DNA of 53,886 nt, filler included, from Sluysia triapertura (lineage: Eukaryota): the NCBI GenBank assembly GCA_046118255.1. It is 4 parts of 4 records of this genome, joined end to end, with 100 filler letters (N's around TTAATTAATTAA, not from the genome) between each part and the next. Parts side by side here need not be neighbours in the genome. Positions count along the whole stretch, not along the records: positions 36,942 to 53,886 come from JBJNIA010195156.1; 3 more parts are not named here. The stretch is one strand, 5' to 3'. Made by a program: the position numbers and the translations under genes. This document shows, piece by piece, positions 49,511 to 53,886 of this stretch. Numbering within the stretch: position 1 is the first letter of the stretch; the number at the start of each line of letters is the position of its first letter. Under the pieces are notes generated by a model that worked only from the letters and a program-made list of their open reading frames with translations, ran no database searches and was not told where the DNA came from.

Positions 49511-50491
49511 TTTATGGATCACTTTAATAAAGAAAACGTGGCACTATTGAATACTGAAACATGAAAATATAAAACACGCTCTTTGTGTATTCATAAATGA
49601 ATAAAAATGCTTATCACAGTAGTTGAGAAATACTTATGATAGTAGCTTCAAGGGCGTTTCAGAAATTGATTATTAACCTTCCGTCTAGCAAAAGAAATTG
49701 ATGTATGCATTATTTACATCACGTAACTAAAGATTATGAGAGCTATTTTAATATCTTGAATTTGTATTTAATTATTTTAATATTTAAATATTACTTTTAA
49801 CTACAACAACGTTATTAATTAATTTTTAAAACATCTGAGTCATACACATATTTATCTTGCAACATTCCACATTTTATTATGGCTTGATTAAATCAACTTA
49901 TTTATTTTGTTTTACTGAAATAAAAGACAAATTACAAATGTAATTCAGAATAGTAACTTGTTTAATGAAACCAAAATAGAAATTAAAATGTTTTTCTATT
50001 AAATATAAATTTTAATATAATGATAATTTTGTATATTATTTTATTTGTTTTTTTCTTAACTTTATAACCCCTTTGAGATGTTTTTTGAAATGTAAACCTC
50101 TCACTTAGTTTTCACAAATTTAAGATCTTTTATTTATTTTAGTCTATACAATAAATATCCAGAATCACACGTTATTGAATTTTACTCTTTCTTTTGCCTG
50201 TAGTCAGTGTAATACAATTGATTTGTTTTCCATTAGATGGTTTCTTCTTTTCTTTAGTATAATAACGTTATATTTAAAGAATTTGGTTGCTTGGCATTCT
50301 ATTTTGAAGAATTATTTTGTTTTGTAATATCATTGAAATCTTTTATCGTTCCATTGCATTGATTTATGTGCCTAGCTCTTAATAAACCAAGTCTAAACTA
50401 CCAAATAATACATGTGCACACATACTACTTTTGTTTGTTTCTGATTGGTTGATAGTTATAGACTCATTTGCTTTTTTATTTAATTACTGTG

Positions 50492-50492
<1 letters not shown>

Positions 50493-50538
<46 letters not shown>
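50493..50538. repeat. (ATT)n microsatellite
   Basis: Direct reading. Confidence 0.95.
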
Positions 50539-51136
50539 CATTACTGAAATGATTTAATTTAAAAAGAATTTGATATTATTATTAAGTTCATTTCTATTTC
50601 ACTTTATTGGTAGAATATTGTATTTTTAGCAAGGTGTTTCACATTAATACATTCCTCGATTAAATTTGGACTGATACATAAAATTTCATGTGACATTATA
50701 GAAAATAATATAATAATAATGATTTTTAGGGCTTCGATTCTAAGTAAATGTTAATATATTAATTGACTCTGAAATAATTATTTAAAGGCGCTTAAAATAT
50801 TTTGAAGCACTTAAAAATATTTAATTTAGTATTTAAAATAATCCATGAAGTATTAATAGAGCATATAAATAGTTTGCGATGTAAACTAGTCATTATAGAA
50901 CATATCTAAGAGTTATATCGTATTTGTAATTATTTACCTCGTGCAAGAAATGATATATTTTTCAAAGATAGTATTTTTTGTGTAAATTTACATTTTATAT
51001 AGCTTTAACTTTAATTGTAACGCTCTGTTATTTTTCTAAAGTGTTTATAGTTTTTTTATTAGAGTAGGGTTTACTTTTATTCGCTGAATTAATGATGCTG
51101 TGTGTGTGTTACTGAAAATTTGACATTTTGGTGACC

Positions 51137-51421
51137 TACTATCTCTGTCTCATTTGACATTTAACTTAATGTCAATAAGTCATTTGTTTATGAACAATAG
51201 AGAATCAGAAAATAATTATTTTTGGAAGTAATTGTTCAGTTTATAATAATTTTATAAATAACTGGAGCAATTTCTGAAATTTGTAATTTTTGGCTGCTTT
51301 TTTAAATCATGAAAATCAAACGTTCAGAAATTTAAGTGATGATGAGACAAATGCCATCGTGCAAACATTTCTGATGCGATCTAAGGATAAGACATTTCCA
51401 AAATGTTATATTATGACATAA
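51137..51421 (+). mobile_element. Left end of a DD39D/plant-type mariner (TIR plus transposase N-terminus)
   Basis: TA-CTATCTCTGTCTCA resembles a Stowaway/DD39D TIR; frame from 51308 reads HENQTFRNLSDDETNAIVQTFLMRSKDKTFPK (cf. RNLTDxERxAIxxxLLxRSxxGKLP). Confidence 0.55.
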
Positions 51422-53886
51422 TTTGTAATAAAATATTTTCATAAGTACAAATAAGTTGTACATATTGTATATAAAACTAACGAGACAATCACCATTTTTG
51501 AACTAAATTTTCACCAAAATGGGTAATCATTTTTTTCAGCAGCTTATTTTTATACTGTTTTAAAGTCATTTCCATGAATTAGTTTTCTGCATATTTTATT
51601 GAATAAATATGTAATTCATTGTCTCCTTAACTGATAACGAAATTGGTGGTAATTTTCTATTCAATCAGCTAAAATAAATACAATTTGTACAATCAATCTC
51701 ATATTTCGTCACAATTATTCAATTTAATTCTTCAATAACATATTTAAAGTAGATGCCCAGTGTTATACTTTGAGGAAAACTGCTCTAGATATTTATTTTA
51801 GACCACAAACTTGGTACTTTCTTATTTGAGTTCTTTATTTTATGATAATAATGAGTTGAAAACATAAGAGTCAGTAACACATAATCGTTTATTTTAGTCA
51901 ACAATTTCAAAAATTTGTTTCAACATTCTGTCTTGCTTCTTTAGGTTTATATTTTTAAATCTTTAAAATTACTGATGCAAATTTATTTTATTAACACCTT
52001 TTTGAAACTTACACTTAAACTTCATTTGTTTTGCTAGTTGAATATACAGATTCGAAAGAAGGGTTTTTTACGTAATTAGTAATAAGTTTGTGTATGTTCA
52101 TTTTGGGGTATTTGTGTCTTTTTCATTTTTTGTTAGTACTTTTTTAGCTAACGTAATAAATGGAACTGGTGAAGAAGTTGTGTTTAACTCGTCAGAGGCT
52201 AGGTATTGAAGATAACCCATTAATCTTATTAACCTCCTAATTAAGACATTGTTTTTCTTTTTTGAAATAAAGTATTGCCTTTATTTGAAAAGATGGATAT
52301 AGAGGACACATGAACCAATATTATGTTTTGATTGTTACGAAAAATACTTAGCTAATTAAAAAAGATNNNNNNNNNNNNNNNNNNNNNNNNNNNNNNNNNN
52401 NNNNNNNNNNNNNNNNNNNNNNNNNNNNNNNNNNNNNNNNNNNNNNNNNNNNNNNNNNNNNNNNNNNNNNNNNNNNNNNNNNNNNNNNNNNNNNNNNNNN
52501 NNNNNNNNNNNNCATATTAAGCTAACTCTACAATATTAATTATTATAAATTTACAAATTACAATTATTTTCATTTTAAATAGTAAATTAAAAATATAAAA
52601 ATTAAAATTCGGTTTGAAAATGAAATCGTAATTTTTCTACATATAATGGTTCTACTTTTATAATCATACTTTGCTGACATTTAAAAACACGTATATTCTT
52701 TTATACATTATCATTCAAGATCTTGTTAAAGCTACTTAAATGTTACAATTATCTTCTTTCTTTGTTATTAAAAATCACTTTGCGCTCTTTTATTATATAA
52801 CGATTGATAATTCCTATGGATACTATGAATTTACTACATTTATTGTTTATTCATCCACCATTATCCAAATGTTGGCAAGTATTACTTTTGATTAAGTATA
52901 ATTAATATTTGTAATTTTGAATAATGATTTATCACGTGCTATTTATCTTGTCTTGAAACCATTTTTTGAAACAAATTTTATATTAAATAATGAAAACATA
53001 TTTTAATTTCTTTAAAATAATAATTTATTATAATTATAAAATTATAAATACATTTATTAGTTTTGATACAATATTTCCAGTATTTCCAATATTTCAATAT
53101 TCCATAAAAAAGAAAACTTTCATTTCTTCTTAACAATTTTATATCGTTTTATACACAATCAATATTTAGTGTCTATGATAAAAATAACTGTATTTCTACT
53201 TTAGTATTGGAAGAAACTTTAAGATAATAACATGTTTAGTCTATTAAAACATCCGAATGTAAAGGTAAGCAATCTAGTTTGAATAAATAAATATAAATAA
53301 ATCACTTATTTTTCTATAATTACACTATATTTTTGTTGACAAAAAATATTTATTTATTTAATTAATTTTGCAATTATTGCTGATAATCTTAGATTTGCTT
53401 AATAATGAATCATAGTTTATTAAATCTCAATATTTCTCTTTTTTATACAAATTATTTAAACCCTTAAACTTACAAAACCCAAAAATTAAGTATTGTCTTA
53501 CAACAATATTTATTCTATTATAATGTATTTTATTTATTTTGCAACAGAAAATGAATAAATTATGATATCTTTTTTGCTTAATTTGGCAAAAATATGGATT
53601 TGTTGCTTTGAATAACTTTGAGAAAATGATATTTGTAAGGTCGCTAATTCATCCACAAACTCATTATACTATTCCTGTTCTTACGGAATATTTCTAAAAT
53701 TGACATAATATTAATGAATTTTAAATTAAATTTGTTTTTTAAAGAATGTTTACAAACATTTTATATTGATCTTTATTCGAAATTACATTATTGTAGTGAG
53801 GGCTTTTGAATAGATTAAAATATTATCGTTGACGCCTCTATTTTTAACGTTGAAGGTACAAATATAAGTAACTGTCTTTTTAGAAC

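Noticed and set aside
51450-52000. hAT relic on the minus strand (HWASTLNML resembling TRWNSTxxML)
   Set aside because: Single short motif, insufficient support

Overview
Very AT-rich eukaryotic (animal-like) genomic scaffold with GT-AG spliceosomal introns, some only 35-36 nt, and six N-gaps. Three gaps contain an artificial TTAATTAATTAA spacer, so contig adjacency there is not guaranteed. The tiny introns plus AT-richness are compatible with a reduced invertebrate/parasite genome (e.g. orthonectid-like), but the taxon cannot be fixed from this window. Recognisable genes: the 5' half (six exons, about 282 codons) of mitochondrial P5C dehydrogenase (ALDH4A1), the last exon of a Yippee-like (YPEL) gene with an unusual ~150-aa low-complexity tail, and the TM5-TM7 part of a 7TM receptor. 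Unassigned coding-like sequence: a 406-aa orphan ORF, a 10-aa tandem-repeat reading frame, an isolated internal exon and a degenerate iGluR/IR-like segment. The rest is mostly transposon relics: mariner DD34D, plant/oomycete-type DD39D mariner, Tc1, KIAA1586-like hAT, hAT-Blackjack and piggyBac MITEs, a long-TIR foldback-like structure, and copia and gypsy fragments. There is also a pre-miRNA-like hairpin and a truncated tRNA-like sequence. No CRISPR or prokaryotic system is present. All family assignments come from recalled motifs, not database searches.
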